A stretch of DNA of 64,000 nucleotides from Candidatus Gracilibacteria bacterium S5_H10 (GCA_019248075.1 JAEHHG010000001.1:9294-73293), one strand, 5' to 3'; shown: positions 25,515-37,412, counted from the stretch's first letter. Numbers and translations are program-made. The notes: generated from the letters alone by a model not told the origin.

Positions 25515-25646
25515 ATTTTCATTGTAACTTGACTATATAGTTACCAAAAAAGAAAAAAACTGACAAAACTAGGAAAAAAGTTCTGTCAGTTCTTATAATG
25601 TTTTTTATGGCCTGCTCCCGGGAGCAAAGTTTATTTTCTTTTATTT

Positions 25647-27455
25647 CTATTTTTTTTGATGCGTGAGTTTATCTATGATTGCAATATCTATATCAGAAGG
25701 ATTTAGTTTAAGATAAAAATCATAAATACTTCATTTACAAATAAGCGGAAGTTTTTTTCCTATCTCTTTTTCTATGAGCTCTATAAGCGGAATTACTATC
25801 TTTCCTAGCATATCATTTTTATTTTTTGAGTAACTGGAAACAGACAATTCTTTGTTTGCTATATCTTTTCCTATATTTTCTATCAGTATCTTGAGAATAT
25901 CTACTGTTGCTGTTTGAGAATGAAGATCTTCAGAAGTTAGTCTGCGTCCATTGATATAAATCTTATTGTTGATCATATCCAGGAGGATTCATTTTTTATA
26001 ATTTTTTATCGTAGTCTCACAATTTCCTAATCTTACTTGTCCATCTGCCATTTTGAGAATACAACTACTAGAATCCAAAAATTCTGAATATATTCATTGT
26101 CCCAGATCCTGTTCAAATTTAATTCCTTCATATTCTCCTCCATCTACCCAATTGAGATAAATCATCTTTGATCCTATAAAATCTACATTTATCTTATCTG
26201 CAGCATCAACGATTATTTTTCTGAATCATTCAAGTGGCATAGCAAAAATTAGTGATCATCACATAATTGTACTATCATTTGGTGAAACAGAGATATATTG
26301 CTGAGGTCCATGAAAATTCTCTAAAAATGATTTAATAAATTTCAAAAAATTTGTCGAGCTATTTCTTGTTACACAATCAGCTTGTCTTAATTTTCTTAAG
26401 GAATCAAGAAATTGCAACATATGTGTCTCTTCATATGCTTCAGAATAAATTTTTGACATATAATATAAGATTTTAAGACTTATCGTTCCCATAAGTTTAC
26501 CATATGTCATATCAAATTCATCTGTCTCTGGAGCAATCAGATATTTATAAAATCTCGGAATCTTATTCGGATGAAGGTTACTGAAATATTCGCCCATCAA
26601 TTTTTTTATATCAGATTTTATAGTTTTTGTTATAGTCTGATTTGCTTTATAATTATTCCCAGCTATCTGTTCGAGCAATACCGGTTTCCCTGAATAGATA
26701 ACTCCATAATCTATAGGAATATAAGGATTCTCTCTCAAACCTTTAAAGAGATGATTGAGTCTAAATCCATAACATCTTTTAATTATTTCATCTTCCGACA
26801 ATAACGATTTATCTCCATCTTCAGAAAATGAAACTATAGGATAATATCCATCAAAAAACGTAGCTAATTTTGTTGCTGTAGAGATCATTCCATAAATTGA
26901 TTTATCAAAATGCAATGCATCTACAAATATTTTATGAAAATCACTATAATGATCGTTGATCACTTCATTGATATTTTTGCCTTTGAGTTCTTGGAGCCCT
27001 TTTCCATCAATATTTCAAAATATTCTCTGAATCGCAACTGCGAGCAGAAATGCTAACAAAGAACCGAATCATAATCATACTCCCCTCGGCAATTCAGAAA
27101 GAATGTTTATTTGAATCCCTTCATGAGGCGGAAGTAATTTTCCATATTTTTTTTCCAATTCTTTGTTGATGTCAGCAAAATATGGTGCATATTCTATAGC
27201 ATTAGTTTCGATATATTGATATTCATTGATATCAAGATGATATATTTTATTTACAAAAATTCATGGTGTAGAACTTTTTGTATATCATATATACATACGC
27301 AAAGGAATCTTTTGCTTAATGGACACTCCACTATAATTATTCAAGATATCGCCTGATCGATTGATAACAAATGGAGATGAAATAACTGTTTGATTTTCTA
27401 GAAAAAATCTCTCGTATGTTTGTACATACGTCTTCTTGAGGTTTTTAGAATTCAT
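25647..27455 (-). CDS. GHMP-kinase-like domain fused to an OmpR/PhoB-type winged-helix DNA-binding domain (602 aa)
   Basis: Track ORFs 26259 and 25731 and the upstream fragments share one frame. ILSELPRGVGLGFGSLLAFLLAVA resembles GHMP motif II, and TIMGGSLIFAMP resembles motif III. The C-terminus KIYINGRRLTSEDL...ILKILIEN.GKDIANKEL...KGSIYDFYLKL fits the Trans_reg_C pattern. Confidence 0.55.
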
Positions 27456-27504
27456 CAATTGGGAGGAAAAAATAAAAAATTATAAATATTTTTTGTTTTT
27501 TTGT

Positions 27505-27534
27505 TAAAAAAAAAGCGTGAAGGAATTTTCACGC
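27505..27534 (-). terminator. rho-independent terminator
   Basis: Stem gcgtgaa/ttcacgc followed by T9 on the minus strand. Confidence 0.65.
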
Positions 27535-27700
27535 AATTTATTTTCTCATTTATGAGCGGGGTCGAAGAAATATTATGATCACATGATCAATCATTATATA
27601 GTTTTTCTTTGGAGCAAATTTTTGATATACTCATAATGAGGAATAAATAAAAACAAGTTTGCTGATTCAACGAAAACCTAAAAAATACGGCGCATTATTG

Positions 27701-27733
27701 TCGTATATATACATTATTTAACATTATTGTCAA
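27701..27733 (-). promoter_or_regulatory. strong sigma-70-like promoter
   Basis: The minus strand reads TTGACA, a 16-17 nt spacer, then TATATA. Confidence 0.45.
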
Positions 27734-27762
27734 TAGAAATTTATTATATTATTGTTTTTCTA

Positions 27763-28314
27763 TTATATCTGCGAGATAATCCATTTTATCACCTCTGGAA
27801 TATTGTCTTTGGAGACTGTTCCCTCATATTTTTGTAAAGTGGCTTTGATCTGATCTGCACTGTAGCCAAATCATTTAAGTGAAGTGACAATATTTTTGTA
27901 GAGTTTCTGATCAATATCCATTCTTTGCAAATCCTCAACGTCAAATGTCCCTCTCAGTTGGAGCACAATCTTTTTCGCTGATTTTGGTCAGATTCATGGA
28001 ATATTTTGGAAAAATTTAACGTCAACATTTTTGAGCGCTTGCTGAAGGTTCTCTTTGGGAAGCTGTGATATCTGAAATGCTGTTTTTGGTCCTACTCCGC
28101 TTACTTTGAGTAAGTTTTCAAACATCCCTTTTTGGTCTATCGTATCAAATGCATAATAGACCACGGTTTTTTTGTTATCATCAAGATATGGATACAAAAA
28201 AAATTCTCACTGATTTTGTTTGCCGATATAATGGACTTGGATACCGAAAATATCGTTATTTAATAAGGTTTCTCACCCTATATGATTAATTTTACCAACA
28301 AAATAATGAAACAT
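27763..28314 (-). CDS. ruvA: Holliday junction DNA helicase RuvA
   Basis: MFHYFVGKI...LLKVSGVGPKTAFQI...FFQNIPGIGPKSAKKIVLQL, which contains two HhH motifs. Confidence 0.85.
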
Positions 28315-28736
28315 TTTTTATATAGAATATAAAATCTTGAATTTAGAAAGTTTGCATATGCTTTATTATTACTGTTTTGCGGAGCGCTTACCACAGACAA
28401 ACTTTATTGTATTTATGATAGCATATACCAGACTGATTTGTACTTATTTATTTGTTGTTTTCAATAAGTTTTTGTGTTGATATTGGGTAATAAATTGTTA
28501 TTCTCTCTTTGTCATTGGACTATCAGTGATTATTTTTTGTTTGCTTATAACAATCAAAAAAGGACCATATCTTTGGTAAGATAGAGCCCTTTCTCATTGC
28601 TTTATACAAGCATATGGATTCACTACACATCTATATTATATATATATTATATAAAATGTCAAATATTTGAATCTCTACTATCACATATATTTAAAAACCG
28701 CTTATATCCTAGTTTTTATCATATTTTTAGTCCTCT

Positions 28737-29996
28737 ATGCAAAAACTTCAAAAACAATTACGAGATAGTTTTCAAGATGATATTGGAGAGCTCAGTAAAC
28801 CACTCCAAGAACTCTTAAAAAATGGACTGGGAACCAATACGATTAACGAAGAAGATGTTATCTCAGATGTAGATGATATGGATTTGAGCATCAAAATGAT
28901 CGAAAAATTTTATGAATTGGCGGAAAAGCTCAGCATCAAGATGATTACTATCGAAGAAGTCTTAGAAAAAGAAGCTGAAGCAGCAAAGAAAGAGACTAAA
29001 TTGGGTAAAATAGAACTTTACGACACCAAAAAAAACACTTCTGAATCACAACACAAAGATTTCATCAAACTTTACTTCAACGAAATATCTAAGATTCCTC
29101 TCCTTACTTCCGAAGAGGAAAGAGATGTTTCAAGACGTGTAAAAAAAGGCGATGATGAAGCAAAAAAAAGATTAATAGAATCCAATCTCAGATTGGTTAT
29201 TAGTATAGCAAAAAGATTTTTCTGATCGAGACTGAGTTTTTCTGATCTTATCCAAGAAGGTAATATCTGACTCATCAAAGCTATAGAAAAATTTGATCCA
29301 GACAAAGAATTTAAATTTTCTACTTATGCAACTCGATGGATCAAACAGAGTATAACAAAAGCAATCGCAGATATGACCAAACATGTAAGGATACCTGTCC
29401 ATCTGATAGATGAAATTAATTCGTATAATAAAACGTATCAACTGCTCTTCCAAAAACTTTGAAGAGAACCAACTTCAAAAGAAATATGACAAAAACTCTG
29501 ATTTCCTATCAAAAAGATCAAGAAACTGGAAGAAGTAATATTTTGAAATGTATCACTTGATAGAGAAGTCGGTGATGAAGGAAGAGACACACTCGCTGAT
29601 CTTATCGAAGATGGAAACACCCTCAGACCAGATCAATACGCCGAAAAAAATACCTTAAGAAAAAATCTCGATATGATCTTGTGAATGCTTGATGATAGAG
29701 AAGCAAAAATCGTGAAAATGAGATATGGAATCGATGGTCCGAGATATACCCTCGAACAAGTCTGAGAAGAATTTAATGTCACAAGAGAAAGAGTCAGACA
29801 AATCGAGCAAAAAGTCATCCAAAAACTCAAAGAACATGCTGGATTACAAAAAATACTTGGAATTGAGGATGATATTGCTAAACTTGAAGCCAACGAAGGA
29901 AAAAAGAAGAAAAAATGAAGAAAAATCAAAGATGATGATGATGAAGAGAATGATTACATGAGCAGGTTTGATGATGATGATTATATGGATGATTAA
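28737..29996 (+). CDS. rpoD: RNA polymerase sigma-70 factor RpoD
   Basis: LIESNLRLVISIAKR...DLIQEGNIGLIKAIEKFD...FSTYAT(CGA)WIKQ...TLEQVGEEFNVTRERVRQIEQKV; an acidic tail; ends at TAA 29994. Confidence 0.95.
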
Positions 29997-30048
29997 TTCG
30001 CAAGACAAACACTGCTATACATTTTAATTAATTTACTACTACAACAAA

Positions 30049-31950
30049 ATGGGAGATTTGAATTCAAAAGATTATGATGCGTCGCATATCAAAGTGTTGG
30101 AATGATTGGAACCAGTCAGAATGAGACCATGAATGTATATCTGATCTACTGATGCAAAAGGATTACATCATCTTGTCCAAGAAATCGTTGATAATGCAGT
30201 TGATGAAGCGTTGGCAGGATATTGTACTACCATCACTACCGCTTTGAATGAAGATGGATCAGTCACTATCCATGATAATTGAAGATGAATCCCTGTAGAC
30301 AAACACGAAAAAACAGGAAAATCTGCATTAGAGACAATATTTACTGTCTTGCATGCTGGAGGTAAATTTGATAAATGAGCATACAAGATTTCATGAGGAC
30401 TTCATGGTGTAGGAGCTTCTGTCGTTAATGCATTGAGTGAATGGCTAGAAGTAACCGTATATAAAAACGGAAAAAAATATTTCCAAAGATATGAAAGAGG
30501 AATTCCCAAATGAGAAATCCAAGAAATGGGAGAAAGCGACAAAATTGGAACAACAGTTAAATTCAAACCTGATGCAACAGTCTTTGAAACTGTGGAATTT
30601 TCTCAATCGATAGAAGTTACTAGGATGAAGCAATCTGCCTATCTTTCTCCTGGTATTACCTTCAATCTTGTAAACAAGAAAACATGATATAAACAAAGAT
30701 TTTACTATGAATGAGGTATCAAGACTCGATTAAAAAATCTTGTTGGTACGCAGCAAGCACTTTCTTCTGCACATCATTTTAAAATAGAAGGAAAGGATTG
30801 TTTAGCAGAAATAGCTTTTGAATTTGTAAATACAAGTAATGATCACATCCTCTCTTTCGTGAATAATATTCCAACCATTGATGGAGGAACTCATGTCCTT
30901 GGATTTAAATCAGCATTGTTAAATATTATCAATGAAGTAGGAAAAGAGAAAGACAAAATCAACAAAAAAATATGAGAATTCCAATATTCTGACGTAACCG
31001 ACGGATTGTATGCTATCGTCACCGTTAAGATTCCTGAACCACAATTCGAAGGACAGACCAAAGGAAAATTATGAAATAGTTATGTAAGAGGTGAAGTAGA
31101 AAAAATCGTATATGATTATCTCAAAGACTATTTTATACACCACGAAGACGAATTTGATAAAATATTTGAAAAAATTGAACTTGCCGCAAGAGCTAGATTA
31201 GCAGCAAAATTTGCTAAAGAAACTGTCTTAAGAAAAAATATATTGGCTGGATGAGTCCTTCCTGGAAAATTGGCAGATTGTGCAAGAAAAAGCAAAGAAG
31301 GAACTGAAATGTACATCGTGGAGGGAGATTCAGCGTGAGGAAGTGCAAAACAATGACGTGATAGTAATTTTCAAGCAATCCTACCATTGAGAGGTAAAAT
31401 ATTGAATACTGAACAAGCTGCTATACAAAAAATGATGGCTAACAATGAAGTCAAAGCTTTGATCACAGCTATCGGAACATGAATAAAGGATAATTTTGAC
31501 TTCGAAGGATTGAGATATGATAAGATTATCATCATGACAGATGCCGACGTCGATGGTGCACATATCAGAACATTATTACTAACATTCTTCTTTAGATTTA
31601 TGAGACCACTGATCGAACACGGTCACGTTTACGCAGCATGTCCTCCTATCTATAAGTTCTCTCAAGGAAAAAAAGAAGAATATGTTTATGAGGAAGAACA
31701 CACTCCTGATATGTATGGATTTGATAAAGAAAAAACTGAGATCCAAAGATATAAAGGTCTTGGAGAAATGAATCCAGAACAACTACGAGATACTACTATG
31801 AATCCAGAAAATAGAAGATTAAATCAAATTACTGTGGAAGATGCTGAAGAAGCAGATAGATTATTCAGAATATTGATGGGAGAAGATGTCCAATCAAGAA
31901 AACACTTCATTCTGACTCATGCAAAGACTGTAAAAGAATTGGATATTTAA
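30049..31950 (+). CDS. gyrB: DNA gyrase subunit B
   Basis: [18 protein letters not shown]...[15 protein letters not shown]...[27 protein letters not shown]...[20 protein letters not shown]. Confidence 0.95.
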
Positions 31951-31954
31951 AAGA

Positions 31955-32075
31955 AGCATTTCGAGATATGTGGTTAGTTATTTCGACCCCGCAGTACTGT
32001 ATGGGGAGAAATCAACGCTTGTATAGTTAACAAATAGCGTAGATTTTTCGGCTTCGCCTCGAAATGACTCTTAAT
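31955..32075. repeat. family-2 GC-rich hairpin repeat (copy R1)
   Basis: It shares atttcgacc, ccgcagtactg and cttcgcctc with 47335..47460, and tcgaccccgc with 27560..27575 on the opposite strand. It is flanked by a 9-bp inverted repeat catttcgag/ctcgaaatg. Confidence 0.5.
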
Positions 32076-32080
32076 ATAAT

Positions 32081-32107
32081 AAAGCACCTGAAAATAGGTG
32101 CTTTTTC
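32081..32107. terminator. bidirectional terminator between gyrB and the Elp3-like gene
   Basis: Stem agcacct/aggtgct followed by a T-run. Confidence 0.7.
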
Positions 32108-33948
32108 TATTTTAATTTCTTGACCATATACGTTCCTTCTGTCTTATATCCAAGCTTTCTGTAATATGCTCTGACTCAGATACCGGAGATAACGGAAAGC
32201 TTTTTGTATTTATGTCACTTGGAGATCTGTTCTGTTATTTCCATGAGTTGTTTACCAAATCATTTATGCTGCGTTTTAGTATTTTTTTTCAATTTTTTTT
32301 CTAATCACTCCATCTGTCCATAAACATGAAGTTCTCTAATAATAGAGGTTGATTTCCCTAATCATGGAATATTCACAGTATCCTTTTCGTTGGGCAATAA
32401 GAGTCTTGTGAAACCATAGAGATAGCCCAATTGATCTTCAAAGGAAATAAAGTATTCCACTCCTCCGCTACTCAGATATTTTCTGATGATAATATTCGCT
32501 TGTCCCTTGTCTCTTGTCCCTTTTTCTTGATGTCTGATTTCTCTACTTCTCGTATCAAGAGAAACAAAATTTCTGAATGATTTCACGTCAGGATTTTTTC
32601 CGATGATGTATGTTTGTATTTCATCATTTTTTCTCACAACTTTTTCTAGTTCGTCTTTGAGTGCTTTTTGCAAAGACATAAATAAATTATATTTTCCGTA
32701 CAATCTTTGGTAAAACTTTTTTCGCTCTCATTGATTTTTTTTCTGCTCTTGGAGTAATTGATTGTGCATCAATTGAGAAAGATTTGTTATGGTACTTCAT
32801 GCAATAATCTCATTTGCAGGAATATCGCGGATAAGTCTTTTGATTCTCGTGTATGGAGGAATAACGTCCAAGAAGGTCTGTCTGATAAGTTTTTTAATAT
32901 CATCTGTCTGAAGTGGTGTATATTTTCCTTGTTTGTATAATGTACACAATTGTGTATTGGGAATGACGGATGTAGGATAAAATTTGATTTCATCCGGTTT
33001 GAAAAATGGATCCGTATATAATTCTTTGAATGTTTCCAAATCTTTTTTAGCGTCTGATCCATATAATCATGGCATAATGTGGAGAGAAATCTTGAATCCA
33101 TATTGTCTCATTTTGTGGCACGCTTCGCGCGCTTGCTCCACTGTATGCCCTCTTTTGTTGAGTTTCAATACCTCTTCATCCAATGACTGCACTCACATCT
33201 CTATTCTCGTCACTCCGAGTTCGCGCCAAAATTGACAGTTTTTATCAGTCACATATTCTGGTCTAGTTTCTACAGTCAATCAGATGATTCTATGTTTCGC
33301 TGATTCGTTTTTTTTCAGTGCTTCAGTAAAATTTGCTGAATACTTTATTTTTTTGCTCGTATCGACAATCGCATGAGAATATTTTTTCTCGGTAGAAACC
33401 TTGATATTCTTAAAATATTCTTCGAAGGTATTGCAGGCATCATACAGTTGTTTGATGAATTTCTCCTTGTACGGTTTCGTATATACATCGAAGGTTCAGC
33501 CTAAAACTATCATCTCGATCTTATCGGTTTCATGACCGGTCAAAGTCAAAGAAAGCAATCTATTGTAGACTTGTTTGATCGGATCGAAGTGATTGAGGAA
33601 TGCTCTCATAGCGCCCGGCTCGGATTTGATGTAGCTCTTGGGCATATTCTTTTCATTGGGACAAAAAATACATTTTCCCGGACACGGAAAAGGTTTAGTC
33701 AGAACTTGCACGGAAACAATTCCAGACTGCGATCTGATTGCTCTCTTTTTCAATAATTGCTCTATTTGAGGATCTTTTGTAATTTCATTTACTTTGATCA
33801 ATTCGTAATATGCTTGCAACAACTGGATATTGGAAGGAATATCTTTTAGTTTTTTGGTTCTGGCAAAATCTCTCTTGAGACTAGTAAGTAAGTCTAGATT
33901 ACGTTTCTTCGGATTGGTTTTAACTAATTGTAAAATGATTTTTTTCAT
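32107..33948 (-). CDS. Elp3-family radical-SAM plus GNAT acetyltransferase enzyme
   Basis: CPGKCIFCPN (the radical-SAM CxxxCxxC variant found in Elp3), a long TIM-barrel-like region, and a C-terminal GNAT segment ELHVYGQ...GFGKQLME; 613 aa. Confidence 0.85.
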
Positions 33949-34087
33949 GATACTACTATATATAATCCTTTTTATTTTTCCACACGGAAAATAAGAATAT
34001 TTACTATTGAAAATTTATCTCCAACTGCTACAATTACTTTTAGCTTGAAGTAAAAAGCATTACCCTTTTATTTCATAATTTATACTC

Positions 34088-34669
34088 ATGATTACTTTAC
34101 CATTACTTCCTTATGAATTTACTGAATTAGAACCTATAATTGACGCTCAGACTGTAGAAATTCATTATACTAAACATCATCAGTGATATGTAAACAAATT
34201 AAACGAACTTATCGCTGACACAGGATTTAAGGATCGAGAATTGAAAGAAATCATCAAAACTGCTGATTGAGCTATATTCAACAATGCAGCTCAAACATGG
34301 AACCACACCTTTTACCGACAAGGACTTCAATCACCAAAAGAAAATAATGAACCAAGATGAGCGCTCTATGATGCTATTATAGCGCAACGATGAAACTTTC
34401 AGACTTTTGTAGAGACTATGACAGCAAGTGCAGTAGCAAATTTTTGATCAGGACGAACACGGTTAGTAAAAAATCCTGATAATACACTTGAAATCATCAA
34501 TACAAGCAACGCATGATGTCCGCTTACTATGGAAAAGATTCCCTTACTTACTATAGATATTCGAGAACACGCGTATTATCTCAATTATCAAAATCGCAGA
34601 ATAGAATATGTTAGCAATATCCGAAAATGTATCAATCGAGACAAAGTCTTAAAAAGGTATGGAGGATAA
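34088..34669 (+). CDS. sodB: Fe-type superoxide dismutase
   Basis: [22 protein letters not shown](CGA), NFGSG(CGA)T(CGG)LVKN and TIDI(CGA)EHAYY. From memory, this is nearly colinear with E. coli SodB. Confidence 0.95.
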
Positions 34670-34717
34670 TCACTTTATTATTTACGATGACTACCCATTA
34701 TTATTTAAGCACTTGAT

Positions 34718-35071
34718 ATGACATTAAACACTCAATACAAGAAAACGAAATGAGATGAATGAGAAAAACTTGTTGCTGAACATTATCAGAACCAATGATA
34801 TATACTTATAAAGCAGAATTATACGATCCCGTGATGAGAACTCGATCTGATTTTTCAAAAAAATAATATTCTGACTTTTGTCGAAGTAAAAGTTGTCGAT
34901 CATATAGAAGGACTTCATGACTACATCACCCAAAAAAAACTCTGACATCTCAAACGCACTATTGACCATTATTTATTCAATAATCCTACAGATTGTGAGT
35001 ATATACTTGATATTGTATTTGTGAGGAATAATTCTATATTGAGTATCCATGAAAACGTAACAAATATGTAA
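34718..35071 (+). CDS. yraN: YraN-family (UPF0102) endonuclease
   Basis: GDEGEKLVAEHYQNQGYILIKQNY..PGGELDLIFQ..NILTFVEVKV. Confidence 0.75.
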
Positions 35072-35093
35072 TTTATACCTTATACACCTCTTT

Positions 35094-36374
35094 ATGAAAA
35101 AAAGTAAATTAGTTCTTCTGTTTCTCTTATGAGCACTTTTTGGCTGATTTGTTTTTCAAATTGGTCATGAACGGAATGACTTACATCAGCCGATTATCCA
35201 GCAATGAAAACTCAACATAGATTGACTAATTTCCTCAATAAAAAATGTCGTAAATGCTGAAAATATTGGATTGGGAGGAAAAACCTATGAACGTTTTGAT
35301 ACTATATATACTATTCTGCAAAGTTCTTATGACGATGTAGATAAGCTCAATACAGGGAAAATGCTCAACAGTGCAATTAAAGCTTATGTAGATGCAATAG
35401 AAGATCCTTATACCGTATATATGGACAACGAAGAAAATTCAGGTTTTCAAGAAGAACTTAAGGGTTCTTCTGAATTTGAAGGGATCGGTGCAATAATCAG
35501 CAAAAAAGATTATTATATCCAAATCGATGAACTCATCAAATGATGACCAGCATTTACTGCATGACTTAAAATACTCGATAGAATCGTCATGATCAATACC
35601 TGATCAACAAAAGCACTCGATGTTAATGATGCTGTCAACAAAATAAGAGGTCCAAAATGAACGACCGTAATGCTTACTATAGAAAGAGTTTCAAAAGACG
35701 GTACCAAAGAAATCATCGAAAAAACGATTATGAGAGACAAGCTGATTATTCCTTCTGTTAACGGAAAGATCATTACCGGAGCAAACAATACGACAATATG
35801 ATATATCAATATATCAATCATAGGAGAAGAAACAGAAAATCTTCTCAAACAGACCTTGGATGAATTGAAAACAAAAAAAATCCAATGAATTATCATTGAT
35901 CTTAGATGAAATTGATGATGATTACTTCCTGTAGCAGTACAAGTCGTTTCGCACTTTATCCCCAAGGGGAAATTAGTAGTAAGCACAAAATATACAACAT
36001 TTGAAGATGAAAAACTCTATTCTGAATGATACGAATGATATCAAAATCTCCCTATAGTTGTATTGGTTGACGGAATGACGGCATCCGCTGGAGAAATCAT
36101 TGCTCTCGCATTGCAAGAACAAGTATGAGCACAACTCGTAGGGACACAAACATTCGGAAAATGATCTATCCAAACTATGACAGATTTTGCTGATTGAGCA
36201 TCTTTGAAATATACTGTAGGTAAACGATACACACCAAATGGAGAAAATATACATACTGTTTGAGCTACTCCTGATGTTATCATAGAATTTGATCCAGATA
36301 CATATCTCGCTGATACTACTGATAATCAACTTCAAAAAGCACAAGAAATTTTGACAAATATGATCAAAAAATAA
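35094..36374 (+). CDS. S41 carboxy-terminal processing protease
   Basis: FEGIGAII (PDZ region), IIDLRGNGGGLL, and VLVDGMTASAGEIIA...GTQTFGKGS (Ser/Lys dyad region). Confidence 0.85.
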
Positions 36375-36400
36375 ATACGATTTATATTATCTTATCTACA

Positions 36401-36733
36401 ATGAGTGTAACTATAACTCTTCAAAAGACTGATGGAACTGTAATCTCTAGCTTTTTGGCTGAAGATCATCAAAGCATTGCTCAAATGACAAAAAAACAAG
36501 GAATAAATTTTCCCATATCTTGTGGAGTTGGACTTTGCGGAATATGCAAATGCAAAATACTTGCAGGACATGAATATATCCAAATAGATAAGATTTCACT
36601 ACCTATAAAACCCCTTGAAAGAGACGAAAACTGAAATTTTACAGAAGTCTTTGCGTGTGTTTGAGGAGTAAGCTCTGAAGCAATCAAAGATACAGAACAT
36701 CACGAGATCATTCTAGAAAAAGACATAATATAG
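36401..36733 (+). CDS. 2Fe-2S ferredoxin-like protein
   Basis: SCGVGLCGICKCKI...FACVGG; ends at TAG 36731. Confidence 0.6.
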
Positions 36734-36779
36734 TAGTATTCCCAAAACATCTAAATATTTTATCTTATTATATATAGTA

Positions 36780-37340
36780 GTGCTTGCGCTTGATAAAGAG
36801 CACATAAAAAAATTGCAACAGCAAGATCAAAATGCATTCAACCAGTTTTATCTACAAACCGTTGATATGTTTTTCCGTTATATCAACGCAAATTATTTCA
36901 TCGCGAAGCAAGATGCCGAAGATATTATTTCAGATTTTTATGTAAAATTTTGGGAATGAGTGAAATCGTACAAAGAAGATAAGTCTTTCTCTGCATACTT
37001 CTGGACTATATTCAAAAATACACTTAAAGATTTTTTCAAAAAAAATTCTGACACACCATTTACGGATTTACAACAAGATGAAGAATGAGAGCTCTTTGAA
37101 GATACACTCGTAGATGATATTGATATAACCGTCCTTTTGGAGAACAACTTTAAATTCGAACAAATAGAACACGCTATGAAAAATCTCGATGACATCAGCA
37201 AAGAAGTTATTTATTTCAAATTTGTCGAAGAAAAAACATACGAGGAAATTTCCTTAATTACCTGAGTATCGAACGATCTTATCAGACAAAGGCTTTCTAG
37301 AGCGATCAAGCAACTAAAAAAACTTCTTAACATATCATAA
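36780..37340 (+). CDS. ECF-type sigma-70 family factor; the GTG start is tentative
   Basis: Region 2 (DAEDIISDFYVKFWE...SFSAYFWTIFKN) and region 4 (VIYFKFVEEKTYEEISLITGVSNDLIRQRLSRA). Confidence 0.7.
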
Positions 37341-37387
37341 ATATATTTTACTATTATATGGTATATAAAGGTCTGACCCCATTTTTG

Positions 37388-37412
37388 AGCCCCGCACTTT
37401 GTGTGGGGTTTT
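37388..37412 (+). terminator. rho-independent terminator
   Basis: Stem ccccgcac/gtgtgggg followed by TTTT. Confidence 0.7.

Noticed and set aside
25607-25630. The perfect palindrome tgctcccgggagca as a terminator or repeat-family member.
   Set aside because: It is a single occurrence with no flanking T-run on the strand where it would be needed, and it has no similarity to families 1 or 2, so I left it unannotated.
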